The notes below the pieces were generated by a model. The model worked only from the letters and a program-made list of their open reading frames with translations. It did not search any database and was not told where the DNA came from. From Chiloscyllium plagiosum (lineage: Eukaryota), in NCBI RefSeq assembly GCF_004010195.1, contig NC_057755.1, positions 6,548,184 through 6,592,677 on the forward strand: a DNA stretch of 44,494 nt. The letters are read 5' to 3'. How positions within the stretch are numbered: position 1 is the stretch's first letter; the number at the start of each line of letters is the position of its first letter. Below, in pieces: positions 34,056 to 44,494 of the stretch. The position numbers and the translations under genes are program-made.

Positions 34056-34894
34056 CTAAAAGGGCAAGATGTTGAGATGGGGAGAAGGGTCAGAGAAATG
34101 AAATGCATCGTTTGCAGCCCCCCCCCATTCTCCCCCCCCCACCCCGCTGCTCTCACTCCCTGACCCTATCGTACAACGCAGGTCTCACAGGGCGAGCGAA
34201 CTGCAAACCTGCTCCCTCCTCCAACCTGGACGATGTCTGTGCGAGGGTGGTCTCTGAATGGACCTGCCTTCCACCCCCCCCACACCCCTCCACAATGCAC
34301 AGGAGAGGCAAGCTGCCGGGGAAGGGGATAGCTGCAAATCTTCAATACTATCCCCCCTCGCCCTGCCTCGAGAGAAGATCTTCTGCTGCACCCATCCTCC
34401 CGATCCTTCCCAGTGTGACGCTGCCAGCTGGGTGGTCTCTGAGAGACCAGTGACCCTCGGGACAATGCAAGGGAACTCTTCAAATAAAACTACAACCCTC
34501 GAGGCCCAGCCCCTGTCCCTCGCATAGTGTACTCGCGAGGGAGATTTCAAGATAACCACTGATGCGCCTGGCCCCAACACCACCCTCAAGCAGCGCCATC
34601 GGAGGGAGGACTCCAGATATAATGTGCCCTCGCCCACCCTGCAGGGTGACGCCCTTAGACCCTGCTTTCGAACACAGATCTCCAGCAGAATGTAAACACG
34701 CATCCTCCAATGGTTTGATGGTCTTTCACAGCGTCACCCCCACGGAACACCACTCTCAATGCGTGGCCCCCCTCACGGACAATGCCGCCTGATTGGTGGG
34801 AAGTTGAGCAAGGGCTCCACTGATGACGGAGTGTGGAACCGGGGTCAGGGATGGAAAAGCAAAGATGGAGAAAGCAAGACGGGAGTCAACTCAC

Positions 34895-34992
34895 GTCGTC
34901 GTCCGAGCGCGTCGTCACCACGGCATCGATCATCTTGCGAGGGTTGTTCACACTGGACACGGTGAGTTTACCCAGGGAGCCCTCAAACTGCA
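34895..34992 (-). CDS. PATL1: PATL1 exon: (V)[32 protein letters not shown]
   Basis: ttacag|..GAC|GTGAGT, 98 nt, phase 1-0; conserved Pat1 motif. Confidence 0.95.
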
Positions 34993-35855
34993 CTGTAACC
35001 AATGAGATGGCCATTAGCAGCGGCAGCTGGCAGGGCGTGGCACGGACGGGCCGAGCATTCCGTTCCCCGGCCCACACCACCCTGGCGGTGCCGAGAGGCA
35101 ACCTGCCTTCCCCGGCTGAGAGAGTCCCTTGGTCCTGTGGCTAACCAGAAAGTACTGGGCAAGGAGTTTCAGGATTCGCACCCAGGGACAGAGAAGGAAC
35201 GCCGGCAAGATGGGGATTACATCAGGATGAAGGGCTGAGTGCCAGCCATTGACTGTCCACTGATTGACGCACGCGCCCCCAGTCAGGCAGCTCAAGGTTT
35301 TGTCAATTGCAGCTCTTTAATGGTGAAATTATCATTCCACACAAGTGCTCTTCTTGTGAGGACTCTCTCTAAATCCAGAGGCTAAATCCCCAAGGAAACA
35401 GCCATTACAGCCCTCCCTATCTCTGTCACCTTCTCCAGCCCCTACATCCCTCCCTATCTGTCACCTCCTACCGCCCTCCCTATCCATGAATGCCCCGAGT
35501 TTTATTTCCTCCCTTGGCTTCCTGGGTTCTGAACTTATAGAATTCCCAGATGAAACGCCACCGGTCTGCCACTCTGAGGCTGAAAGGCGAGAGGCAAATC
35601 CAAAGCGATTGGCCTAACTTGGGGATGACCTTTCCCATCACCCCTTGAGGCTGGTGCTGGCAGCACTCTGGATGGGTCTTGGTGGGGAGTTGGCAGAGGG
35701 GGTGGCCTCTCCACTCTGGGGTGCTTTCTGAGAGCGAGATGTTGCAGCCAGGGGGCTCGGGGAGAGGGTGCTAAAAGTGCCGCAGGGAATTGACAGAGTG
35801 CAGGAGGGGGTCCACGCGTCCTCCCGACAAACTGAGCTCGGAACGGTCGATTTAC

Positions 35856-35988
35856 CTGGCCGGTAGATGTGCTCCAGCTTGGCGACCTGTGGCGTGATCA
35901 GCTTCATGCGCTCCTTCTTCTCCTTGCGGGGTCCCTCGTTGCTCAGGTCCAGGGCCGCCTGCTTCTTCTCCAGCCTCTCAAAGTAGTT
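35856..35988 (-). CDS. PATL1: PATL1 exon: [44 protein letters not shown]
   Basis: ctgtag|..G|GTAAAT, 133 nt, phase 0-1. Confidence 0.94.
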
Positions 35989-36138
35989 CTACAGCAGGAG
36001 AGAGCAATGCCGGGGCAAGAGGTCAGCACAGAAGGCAGTGGGGATCAAGCCACAGCTGGTGAGAAATACAAACCTGGAACACAAAGCCAGTCTCAGTCAC
36101 GGCTTAAAACAGCAACAATATAGCAACAGGAGGAGGGG

Positions 36139-37013
36139 TGCTATGAAGGTGTAGGGGGTACTGTACCTTTCAGAGAGTTTAAAGCTAGCAGAACTACCAG
36201 ACAACAAGTGTTTGGAACAAGAGACAAGGTAAACCTTTGGTGCAGCAGCTAGAGTAGCTGCTTTCCTGGAGACAAAAACAAATTCAAACTAGAGTCATAG
36301 AGATGTACAGCATGGAAACAGACCCTTCGGTCCAACCCGCCCATGCCAACCAGATATCCCAACCCAATCTATTCCCACCTGCCAGCACCCGGCCCATATC
36401 CCTCCAAACCCTTCCTATTCATATACCCATCCAAATGCCTTTCAATTATACCCCCCACCCCCAAAAAACGTAAACTCCAATCAGCTTTGAATTGAGCATA
36501 TTGACAATGTTAAAAGCAAATGACACAATCCGATGCTTTAGGGGTATACAACTGGGGAAAGTTGAACAGTTGAGAGAGAACTGCCAAAAGACCAACAGAT
36601 GTAGGCTGCCAGTCACAACTCTCTGGGAGGTACCTGTCCAGAGAAGGAGTTTGCACAGAGAGAAAAAAAACATCGATTTGGACCTTGAGAGCAAATCTAC
36701 AGAGGAAGACACAAAGAGAGGATTCGATAGCTGCCTGGTTTTGAAATTTGAATTTTTGGTAAATCTTACTCTGGGGTTTTATCGGTCGAGTATCACTGAA
36801 GGAAAAGTAAAAGCTAGATTCGAGGAAGGAGCTGTAAATAGTTGTTAGTTAATTATTCTCAGTTATACTTTAAGAAACAAAGTTGTTAATTTTTACTTTA
36901 AATAGTTCCCGGCGTTTATCAAATGTTCACAGATTACTACATGGGGTAAATCTTTTCAGTGTTGTTGGTTTAAATTAAACGGGCGAGAGGGGGGTTTACC
37001 CTGTATTGTAACA
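36139..37013. mobile_element. Probable solo LTR (TG...CA), interrupted by a CR1 3' end at ~36291-36445
   Basis: Begins TGCTAT, ends GTAACA; flanks gggg/ggag; appears to split a CR1 tail 'caggaggagg|ccattcagcccctc'. Confidence 0.45.
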
Positions 37014-37274
37014 GGAGGCCATTCAGCCCCTCAAGTCTGCTCCACCATTCAGTAGGATCATGGCTGATCCATGGCCCATCTTGGGCGCAGATACCTTGAT
37101 ACATTAGCTTAATAATAAACACATGCCTCAGATTTAAACGGAACAACACAATTTGCATCGACTGCTGTTCTGAACCTCTCCTAGATTTCACTTGTCTAAG
37201 TGTTTTCTCACCATCTCTTCTGAATGGCCTCGCTGTTCGACCAGACCCCCGACACCTAGAATCTTCAACCAGTG

Positions 37275-37660
37275 TCAGAGTCATACAGCACAAAAACAGG
37301 CCCTTCGGTCCAACTCACCCATGCCGACCAATAACCTAAATTCATCAACTCCGATTTGCAGCATCTGGTCCCTACCCCTTCCAACCTTTCCTAACCATAT
37401 GCCCGTTGAAATGTATTTTAAATGTTGCAATTGTACTCGCCTCCACCACTTCCTCTGGCAGTTCATTCCATACACACACCACCGTGTGTGTGAAAACGTT
37501 GCCCCTTAAGGTCCCTTTCCCCTCTCACCCTATGCCCTAGTTTTGGACTCCCCCAGCCCTTGGCCTATTTACCCTATCCATGCCCCTCATGATTTCATAA
37601 ACCTCTATAAGGTCACCCGTCAGCCTCCGACGCTCCAGGGAAAACAGCCCCAGCCTATTC
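37275..37660 (-). mobile_element. CR1 LINE 3' fragment
   Basis: Collinear with 702-1120. Confidence 0.85.
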
Positions 37661-38254
37661 ATACTTTGTCTTTATCCACCGTGTCTTTCCCAGTTTATAT
37701 CCTGAAGACCTCGAATGAATCATCCCTTAACCATCTATATTCGAGAGTATGAAGGCCTCATCATTGCTCACGAATTTAACCCCCTGATCCTTGTAAAGCT
37801 GTGCTGAGCACCATCCAGGGCCAGCTTCACCCATTCCCCTCCCATCCCCCACATATTTTATCACATAGCACAGGCTTCAGCCTTGGTCATTCGCAGCTCC
37901 TAATCTCCCTATAATCTCTCTATGCACTGTCATTATCACCTCTTTATTGCTACCTTTGCTTCTGGAGCCATGACTCACCTTCTCTTAGCCGAGTATAAAT
38001 ACGTCTCAATTTCTCCCTTTATTAAGATTTGACAAAGGGTCAGTTCGACTCGAAATGTCAGCTCTTTTCTCTCCTTACAGATGCTGCTAGACCTGCTGAG
38101 ATTTTCCAGCACTTTCTCTTTTTGTATCCAGGGCCAGAACATCGCCCCGGTTTACCCTCAAGTCAGAGCTGGATTGATTTCTCATGATTATGTGTATTTA
38201 TGGACTGTAATTTTGGTCTCTCCCCAACTCCAACCCCCTCCTAATGGTGATAGA

Positions 38255-38800
38255 ACCGTAAAAATAGAACAGTACAGCACAGCAACAGGTCGTTCGACCC
38301 ACGATATTGCGCCGAACATGACACCAAACTAAACCAATCCCTTCTGCATGCCATTGGTCCATATCCGTCCATTCCTTGCATATTCATGTGCTAATCTAAA
38401 AGGCCCTTAAATAAGCCTATCATATCTGACTCCACCACCACCTCTGGCAGACTGTTCTCGACCCCTACCACGCTCCGTGTAAAACAAACTTGCCCCTCAC
38501 GCCTCCTTTGCATTCCGCTCACTTAAAGGTCTGCCCCCAAGTATTTGACATCTCAACACTGGTAACAAGACTCTTGACTGTCAATCCTTGTCTATGAATC
38601 TCATAATTTTACATAATTTTCTATCAAGTCCCCCTCAGCCTCCACCGCTCCGGAGAAAGCAACCCGAGATTTTCTCGCCTCTCCTTGTAGCTCTTAGCCT
38701 CTGATCCAGGCAGCATCCTGCTAAACCGCTTCTACGCCCTCTCCAAAGCTGCCACATCCTTCCTGTAATGTGTTGACCAGAACTGAACGCAGTACTCTCA
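38255..38800 (-). mobile_element. CR1 LINE 3' fragment
   Basis: Tail 'atagaacagtacagcacag' through 'ccagaactgaacgcagtactc' (EYCVQFW on -). Confidence 0.85.
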
Positions 38801-38882
38801 GTACTGATGTTCCTTAAGAAGCTAACCTGGCACTGAGCTGGCATCCCCCCAAAGTGCTAATGAGAGCCCCCGCCCTCTGTAC

Positions 38883-39063
38883 CTGATAGTAGTAATCGTC
38901 CAGGTAGGGGTCAGCGCTCTGCAGCTGCATCATTTGGATCTTGCTGACCCATTCCTTCTCACGCTGGGTCATCAGGTTGCTGTAGGGGTCCTTCTTCGCC
39001 TGCTCGTGATAGCTGCCCCTGCTGTGCCTGTCTCCTCCAGAACCATTCTGACCTCTGTGTTGA
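38883..39063 (-). CDS. PATL1: PATL1 exon: (N)[60 protein letters not shown]
   Basis: ctcag|..CAG|GTACAG, 181 nt, phase 2-0; hallmark Pat1 motif LM..REK.WV.KIQ..QL...DPY.DD.YYQ. Confidence 0.96.
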
Positions 39064-39065
39064 CT

Positions 39066-39980
39066 GAGAGAGAGCGAGAGGCAGAGAGAGCGAGAGGCAG
39101 AGAGAGCGAGAGGCAGAGAGAGCGAGAGGCAGAGAGAGCGAGAGGCAGAGAGAGCGGGAGGGCGCGAGGGGCGGAGGGCGCGAGGGGCGGAGGGCGCGAG
39201 GGGCGGAGAGCGCGAGGGGCGGAGAGCGCGAGGGGCGGAGAGCGCGAGGGGCGGAGGGCGCGAGGGGCGGAGAGCGCGAGGGGCACAGAGACAGACAGAA
39301 CGAGAGGCAGAGAGAGAGCAAGCGAGAGGCAGAGAGTGCGAGCGAGAGGCAGAGACAGAGAGAGCGAGAGGCAGAGACAGAGAGAGCGAGAGGCAGAGAC
39401 AGAGAGAGCGAGAGGCAGAGACAGAGAGAGCGAGAGGCAGAGACAGAGAGAGCGAGAGGCAGAGACAGAGAGAGCGAGAGGCAGAGACAGAGAGAGCGAG
39501 AGGCAGAGACAGAGAGAGCGAGAGGCAGAGACAGAGAGAGCGAGAGGCAGAGACAGAGAGAGCGAGAGGCAGAGACAGAGAGAGCGAGAGGCAGAGACAG
39601 AGAGAGCGAGAGGCAGAGACAGAGAGAGCGAGAGGCAGAGACAGAGAGAGCGAGAGGCAGAGACAGAGAGAGCGAGAGGCAGAGACAGAGAGAGCGAGAG
39701 GCAGAGACAGAGAGAGCGAGAGGCAGAGACAGAGAGAGCGAGAGGCAGAGACAGAGAGAGCGAGAGGCAGAGACAGAGAGAGCGAGAGGCAGAGACAGAG
39801 AGAGCGAGAGGCAGAGACAGAGAGAGCGAGAGGCAGAGACAGAGAGAGCGAGAGGCAGAGACAGAGAGAGCGAGAGGCAGAGACAGAGAGAGCGAGAGGC
39901 AGAGACAGAGAGAGCGAGAGGCAGAGACAGAGAGAGCGAGAGACAGAGACAGAGAGAGGCAGAGGCAGAGAGAGCAAGAG
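39066..39980. repeat. Compound GA-rich minisatellite (16-bp and 22-bp units) abutting the PATL1 acceptor
   Basis: 16-mers gagagagcgagaggca and agcgcgaggggcggag, then ~27 copies of agagcgagaggcagagacagag; one T (39337) in the tract. Confidence 0.95.
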
Positions 39981-40006
39981 GTAGACACCGAGAAAAAAAC
40001 ATAAGG

Positions 40007-40349
40007 TGCGAAGTGTGCGTGAGACAGACAGAGGTGAAACAATCGCTCTGTGGATTGTGAACTTGACATCCAGGATGACACCATACCGAGGAACCTCGAT
40101 TATCTGAACGACACGGCGGGGAAATGCGAAGTGTGCGTGAGACAGACAGAGGTGAAACAATCGCTCTGTGGATTGTGAACTTGACATCCGGGATGACACC
40201 ATACCGAGGAACCTCGATTATCTGAACGACACGGCGGGGAATATTTTCTTCGGACAAACAAATGCCGGATAACACAGTTTAGCTAAGTATGGGGTTTTTG
40301 GAATCTTGTCCGGATAATCCGAAATTCAGATAATCGAGGTTCCTCTGTA
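40007..40349. mobile_element. Tigger-like MITE (40204-40347) with a 118-bp tandem duplication covering its left end
   Basis: TA-c(c/a)gaggaacctcgattatctgaa inverted termini; 40007-40124 repeated at 40125-40241. Confidence 0.8.
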
Positions 40350-40679
40350 TTCAGTGAATTGATTGGACTTGCAGCTGGTTCTGCATTCCCACGTCCCCTT
40401 GGTGCTTCGGACCAGGCATTGATATGGCCACTCCACCTGCCCTGCTTTCTGAAAGAGGCAACAAATCCAGCAACATTCTCACTGATTGGGAACAAAGTTG
40501 CAGGAAGACCGGTTTATCCGTTCACTTGCAGAGTGCAAACTTTGGCATTGCTGATAAGTGAGGGATGGTAAGTCCAAGTCGGTCCCTATCGATAACAGTG
40601 AGGGGCCTTGCCTTAATGTCTCAATAGCTAGTACATTATCCCCAAGGATGGGTTTGTGGTCCAAGGTGGGGGGTAAAAT

Positions 40680-40985
40680 CCCCCCAAGGCAGGTCTAGCA
40701 TGGGGTGAGATTGAGAGCCAAGCTCCTTCTGCACTGTGTGATCAAACCCTCCCAAGACAGTTCTAGCATGGGGTGAGGCAGAGAGCCCTGTTCTCTCTCC
40801 ACCATATAATCAAACCATCCTAAAGCAGGGGCAATGGGGGATGAGATAGAGAGCCATGCTACCTCTACACTCTGTAATCAAACATTCCCAAGACAGGTCG
40901 AGCATGGGATGAGACAGACAGCCAAGGTCCTCCTACACTGTGTCATCACACACTCCCAAGGCAGGGACAGTGTGGAGTTAGATAC
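40680..40985. repeat. Degenerate ~70-75-bp tandem repeat (~4 copies)
   Basis: 'agcatggggtgaga..gagagccaagctcc..cactgt..atcaaac.ctcccaag' recurs. Confidence 0.7.
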
Positions 40986-41459
40986 AAGGTCGTGTTTAGC
41001 GCCACACACTTCCCTCAATGTGCATTCAGAGAAATCTCAACCACTCCTCACGTCATTCAAGTCAACACTCCTGTTTTCTGATCAGTACAAACATACTCAG
41101 CCCTTCTGTCTGTGGCTGGACTGGACCCAGCATGCTCGAGGGAGAGGGATTAAGTTTCTGACCTCATCACCCCTTGCTCTTTTCACCTTGCAAGGGTTCT
41201 TTGAACTTCCGTTTGAACTTCCTTTTCAGACAGGGCAATCTGGACCCAGAACTCTTAAACCTGTGAGGTCCAGTTTCCAATCCTCTGCCCAATAGGAAAC
41301 AAGTTCTCATTACTTAATCAAAACTCTTCTTGAATTTTAATGCATCAAACAAATCTGCCTTTTAATCCTCACTGTCACGAACATGCCATACCACACCAAG
41401 AGCTGCACATGAACTGAAACCCTTCGAGCCGCACACCATTGGGGTCAATCTCCTCCTCA

Positions 41460-41590
41460 CATCCTGATGAAGGGCTTCTAACTGAAACGTCGACTCTCCT
41501 GCTCTTCAGACGCTGCCTGACCTGTTGCGTTTTTTTCAGCATCACACTTTTCAACTGACACTCAAGCATCTGCAGTCCTCACTTTCGCCT
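41460..41590 (+). mobile_element. Penelope-like terminus; hammerhead core with damaged stem II
   Basis: CTGATGA-agggcttctaact-GAAACGTC|gactc at 41464-41491, then 'gctgcctgacctg..catctgcagtcctcactttc'. Confidence 0.72.
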
Positions 41591-41732
41591 TCCCACACCC
41601 TGTCAAAGCATTCAAAATCCCACTCAGATTCTGGTCCTGACGACTACTGGAGAATCTGAAATCCCTCACCACTCGGTGCTGTTCCGGTAACTTCCTATCT
41701 CGCCTTTGCTGAAGTCTGGAACCAGGAGGAAA

Positions 41733-42180
41733 GAATCATAGAATCGCTACAGCGTGGAAGCAGGCCATCGAGTCAACAGTGACCCTCTGAAAAACATCCC
41801 ATTCAGACCCACCTCCCGACGTTGTAACCCTGCATTTCGCATGACTAACCCACCAAGCCTGTACATCCCTGGACACTATGGGACAATTTAGCACGGCCAA
41901 TCCACCCTAACCTGCACATCCCTGGGCACTATGGGACAATTTAGCATAGCCAATCCCACCCTAACCTGCACATCCCTGGGCACTATGGGACAATTTAGCA
42001 TGGCCAATTCGCCTAACCTGCCCATCTTTGGACTGTGGGAGGAAGCTGGAGGACCTGGAGGAAACCCATGCAGACACGGGGAGAACACGCAAACCCCACA
42101 CCAACAGTCACCCGAGGGTGGGATCGAACCCGGGTCCCTGGCGCTGGGAGGCAGCGGCGCCAACCACTGAGCCGCCACTT
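41733..42180 (-). mobile_element. HE1-like V-SINE with internal ~52-bp triplication; head ~20 nt from a PATL1 donor
   Basis: tRNA head 'gtggcggctcagtggttggcgccgctgcctcccagcgccagggacccgggttcgatccc'; 'cacatccctgggcactatgggacaatttagca' three times. Confidence 0.88.
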
Positions 42181-42199
42181 CCTTCCGAGAGTCACTTAC

Positions 42200-42295
42200 T
42201 TCCTGGAGTTCTGCAGCTGCAGGCGTTGGTTGAGGAGCCGTCGGTGCTGGGGGTGAAGGTGGGTGGTGTCCGGCCGGAACATGGACTGGGAAGAC
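42200..42295 (-). CDS. PATL1: PATL1 exon: [31 protein letters not shown](N)
   Basis: ttccag|G..AA|GTAAGT, 96 nt, phase 2-2; matches vertebrate PATL1 [17 protein letters not shown]. Confidence 0.93.
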
Positions 42296-42779
42296 CTGGA
42301 AACGTCAGAGAACCAAGGAAACGGTCACTTGCGAACACATCCTTGATCGCGGCCAAACACAGACATTTCACAAGCAGTAAGGTGTCAAACTGGAGAGAAC
42401 TTTGAAGAAGATTCCCACTACCCCTGAGTGTTCCCAACCAGCGAAGGAAACACATTTCAAGTTTGGTCAGTGACGTAACGCGGCAGACAATGCAATGCTC
42501 GAAGTTCCCAGACACAGGGAAATGAGGTTTTCCACTGGGGGATTTGCTGGGGCAAAACCTTAATAATGATGTCCGGGCGAGTCTCCTATACTTTCTCCTG
42601 GAGAGACTGTGGGATTTTTTTTTTAAAATTGACGGGATACATATCTTGGAAGCTGCACGGATTTATAGACACAGACTCATCTGGAATGCACCTTTCTCTC
42701 TTGCTCAGATTGGGTCAGTAAGCACTGCCTGCCCCTATCTGCTCTCGGTGAGGTTGAGGCAAGCTGTTTCCATGGCCAG

Positions 42780-43075
42780 CTGTCGTGGTGTCATTGCTGG
42801 ACCGTCGTCATCCAAAACCCGAAAGGTAATGCTCTGGAGGTGAGAGTGCGAATCCCATCCCCAGCAGATCGGAACGCGAGCCCATGAGTGGGAAACCATT
42901 GTCGACAATTCGAAATAAAACCCGCTTGGTTCACTGATGCCCTTTCGGGAAGGAGACTGCCGTCCTTACCTGGTCTGGCCTACCTATGACTCCAGATCCA
43001 CGACAATGTGCTCTCTGGGTAATAAAACCGAGCTAACCAGCGATGCTCACATTCCCATGAACGAATGGTAAAAGT
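42780..43075 (+). mobile_element. Old tRNA-derived SINE (same family as 29700-30030)
   Basis: 'gccctttcgggaaggagactgccgtccttacctggtctggcctacctatgactccagatccac' and tail 'cattcccatgaacgaat'. Confidence 0.6.
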
Positions 43076-44421
43076 GGCCCAAAAAAACAGGCACAAACAG
43101 TGACACAGGCTTTCCCCGCTATCCGAAAGGACAGCGTTCCACAGAAACTTTTCTTAAGCCGAAATGGTATGAAGGGAAGCAGCATTAATTTATGTGGGAA
43201 AAAATTTGCCTTTCTTTGTAAAAGCGAAAATACTCTGGATTTCGTTCGGTCAGCGAAAACAGATACTGATGTCGGTCTTTCGGAAAAGCCAAGTGGCGCA
43301 AAGTGAGCTTTTGAAAAGCGGGGGATCCCTGCAGTGAAAGGACAGTGGAGGTAATTTCCTGCATTAGTAGCTCAAAGGCCTAAAGCACAGCTTTGGGAAC
43401 AAGGCTTCAACAGCAACCATGGAGCGAAGGTTGAATATTGTTAAAAGCCCACCTGGTCGACTTCGGGAAGGGAAACCTCCCACTCTTCCCCGGATGGGCC
43501 TACACGTGAATCCAGTCTCGCTGTAATGAGGTGGACTCCTTCGGGCCCTCTGAAACAGGCCTGACGAACCTTCCGTAGGGAGTGGGGCTACAACCCAGCC
43601 AGTCACCTCTCAGAAACTTGGCGGGAAGTCAAAATTCCCAGTCAGGATGGCGAGGGCCTTGGAGAGCAACTTGCAGGCTCAAGCTCTGAGGTTCCCAAGT
43701 ATTGTCCTCGGTGACAGAAAGGACATGGGAATGTCACGAGCTGAATTCACCATCTGAACTTAAAAATAAGTGGCCGCACCCTGTGTTGGGTGGGTCAAAA
43801 TTTTGGAACTCTCTCAAATGTGTTTGATATTTGCTTCAACATTTATTAGCTCAACACAGATGGTGGGTGAAATTGCCCTCGCTGTCTCACTGGAAACGAT
43901 TCCATTCTGAAATATTCCCTTAAACATCCGCTCAGTCTCCACTAATCTATCCCACTGATCCAGTTTGCCAGCATGTCTTCCTATCCCCTCATTAAGTTTA
44001 CAATATTTGTCTTGGACTCCCCCTTCCTCCATCCAAACGCAATGCATTTTACGGTTGCTGACACACAGGGGTGACGCCAAATGAGTTAATTAATTCGCCC
44101 TTTCATTTTGCACAATACCACGTTGAGGAAAATTTGCTCTTTGCTTGGCTCCAAAATTAAAAACCATCCTGGAAACAGTCATGAACTTGTCATCTGGCTC
44201 GATTTTCCTGCCTTGCTTCATGATGGCTGCTTTCTAACAAGGTGCCATTTTGTCTTCTTTGGTAATCCATCCGTCCGCGTGGTCACTGCTTAAAGGCGTG
44301 TACACCACTCCCACAAACGTTGCTAGCCTTCACTATTTCTCATCTCCACCTGAACCATGAGCAAGTCTGTCACTCTGTATTTGGCTCAGACTCTTATTAA
44401 CTAAAAGAGCCTCCTATTTAC

Positions 44422-44430
44422 CGGGGACAA
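44422..44430 (-). CDS. PATL1: Candidate 9-nt PATL1 microexon (TTGTCCCCG)
   Basis: CTCAT branch-like motif (A at 44472), ~38-nt pyrimidine tract, CAG|TTGTCCCCG|GTAAAT; frame-preserving. Confidence 0.55.
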
Positions 44431-44494
44431 CTGAGGGAAAGAGAGGGAGGGAGAGGGGGAACAGCAGGGAATGAGAAAAGGCGGACAGCGGGGG

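Noticed and set aside
38025..38125. Further hammerhead-like motifs (38030, 11188, ~12850, 1317)
   Set aside because: Core substitutions (TTGACAA, CTGATTA, CCAATGA, loss of GAAA) make activity unlikely; treated as decayed Penelope ends
38814..40275. 350-460-aa ORFs on both strands
   Set aside because: Minisatellite read-through; only 38883-39063 is a real exon

Overview
Eukaryotic genomic DNA, most likely a shark (Hemiscylliidae-like, inferred from HE1-type V-SINEs, HER1/CR1 LINEs and shark-type Penelope ends). Two host genes lie in tandem on the minus strand. The 3' part of PATL1 has 11 coding exons that I reconstructed with consistent splice phases (42295 down to the stop at 26105), a 3'UTR and AATAAA at 24418-24423. 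Coding exon 1 of OSBP (8864-8743, PH-domain start) follows, with its CpG-island promoter at ~8.9-10.1 kb. The rest is mostly nested CR1, Rex/Babar and Penelope-like retroelements, SINEs, Tc1/mariner-type MITEs, tandem repeats and two N gaps. Highlights: (1) a ~3.1 kb array of 57-bp units built from the last ~20 nt of OSBP exon 1 plus its 5' splice site, giving 53 extra perfect donors, each with a G-quadruplex motif; (2) a PATL1 acceptor preceded by ~980 nt without AG and almost without adenosine; (3) a candidate 9-nt PATL1 microexon; (4) repeated PBX/PREP-decamer + CCAAT composite motifs in the OSBP promoter; (5) minimal hammerhead ribozymes in Penelope-like ends. Repeat boundaries are approximate and family names come from recognition, not database searches.
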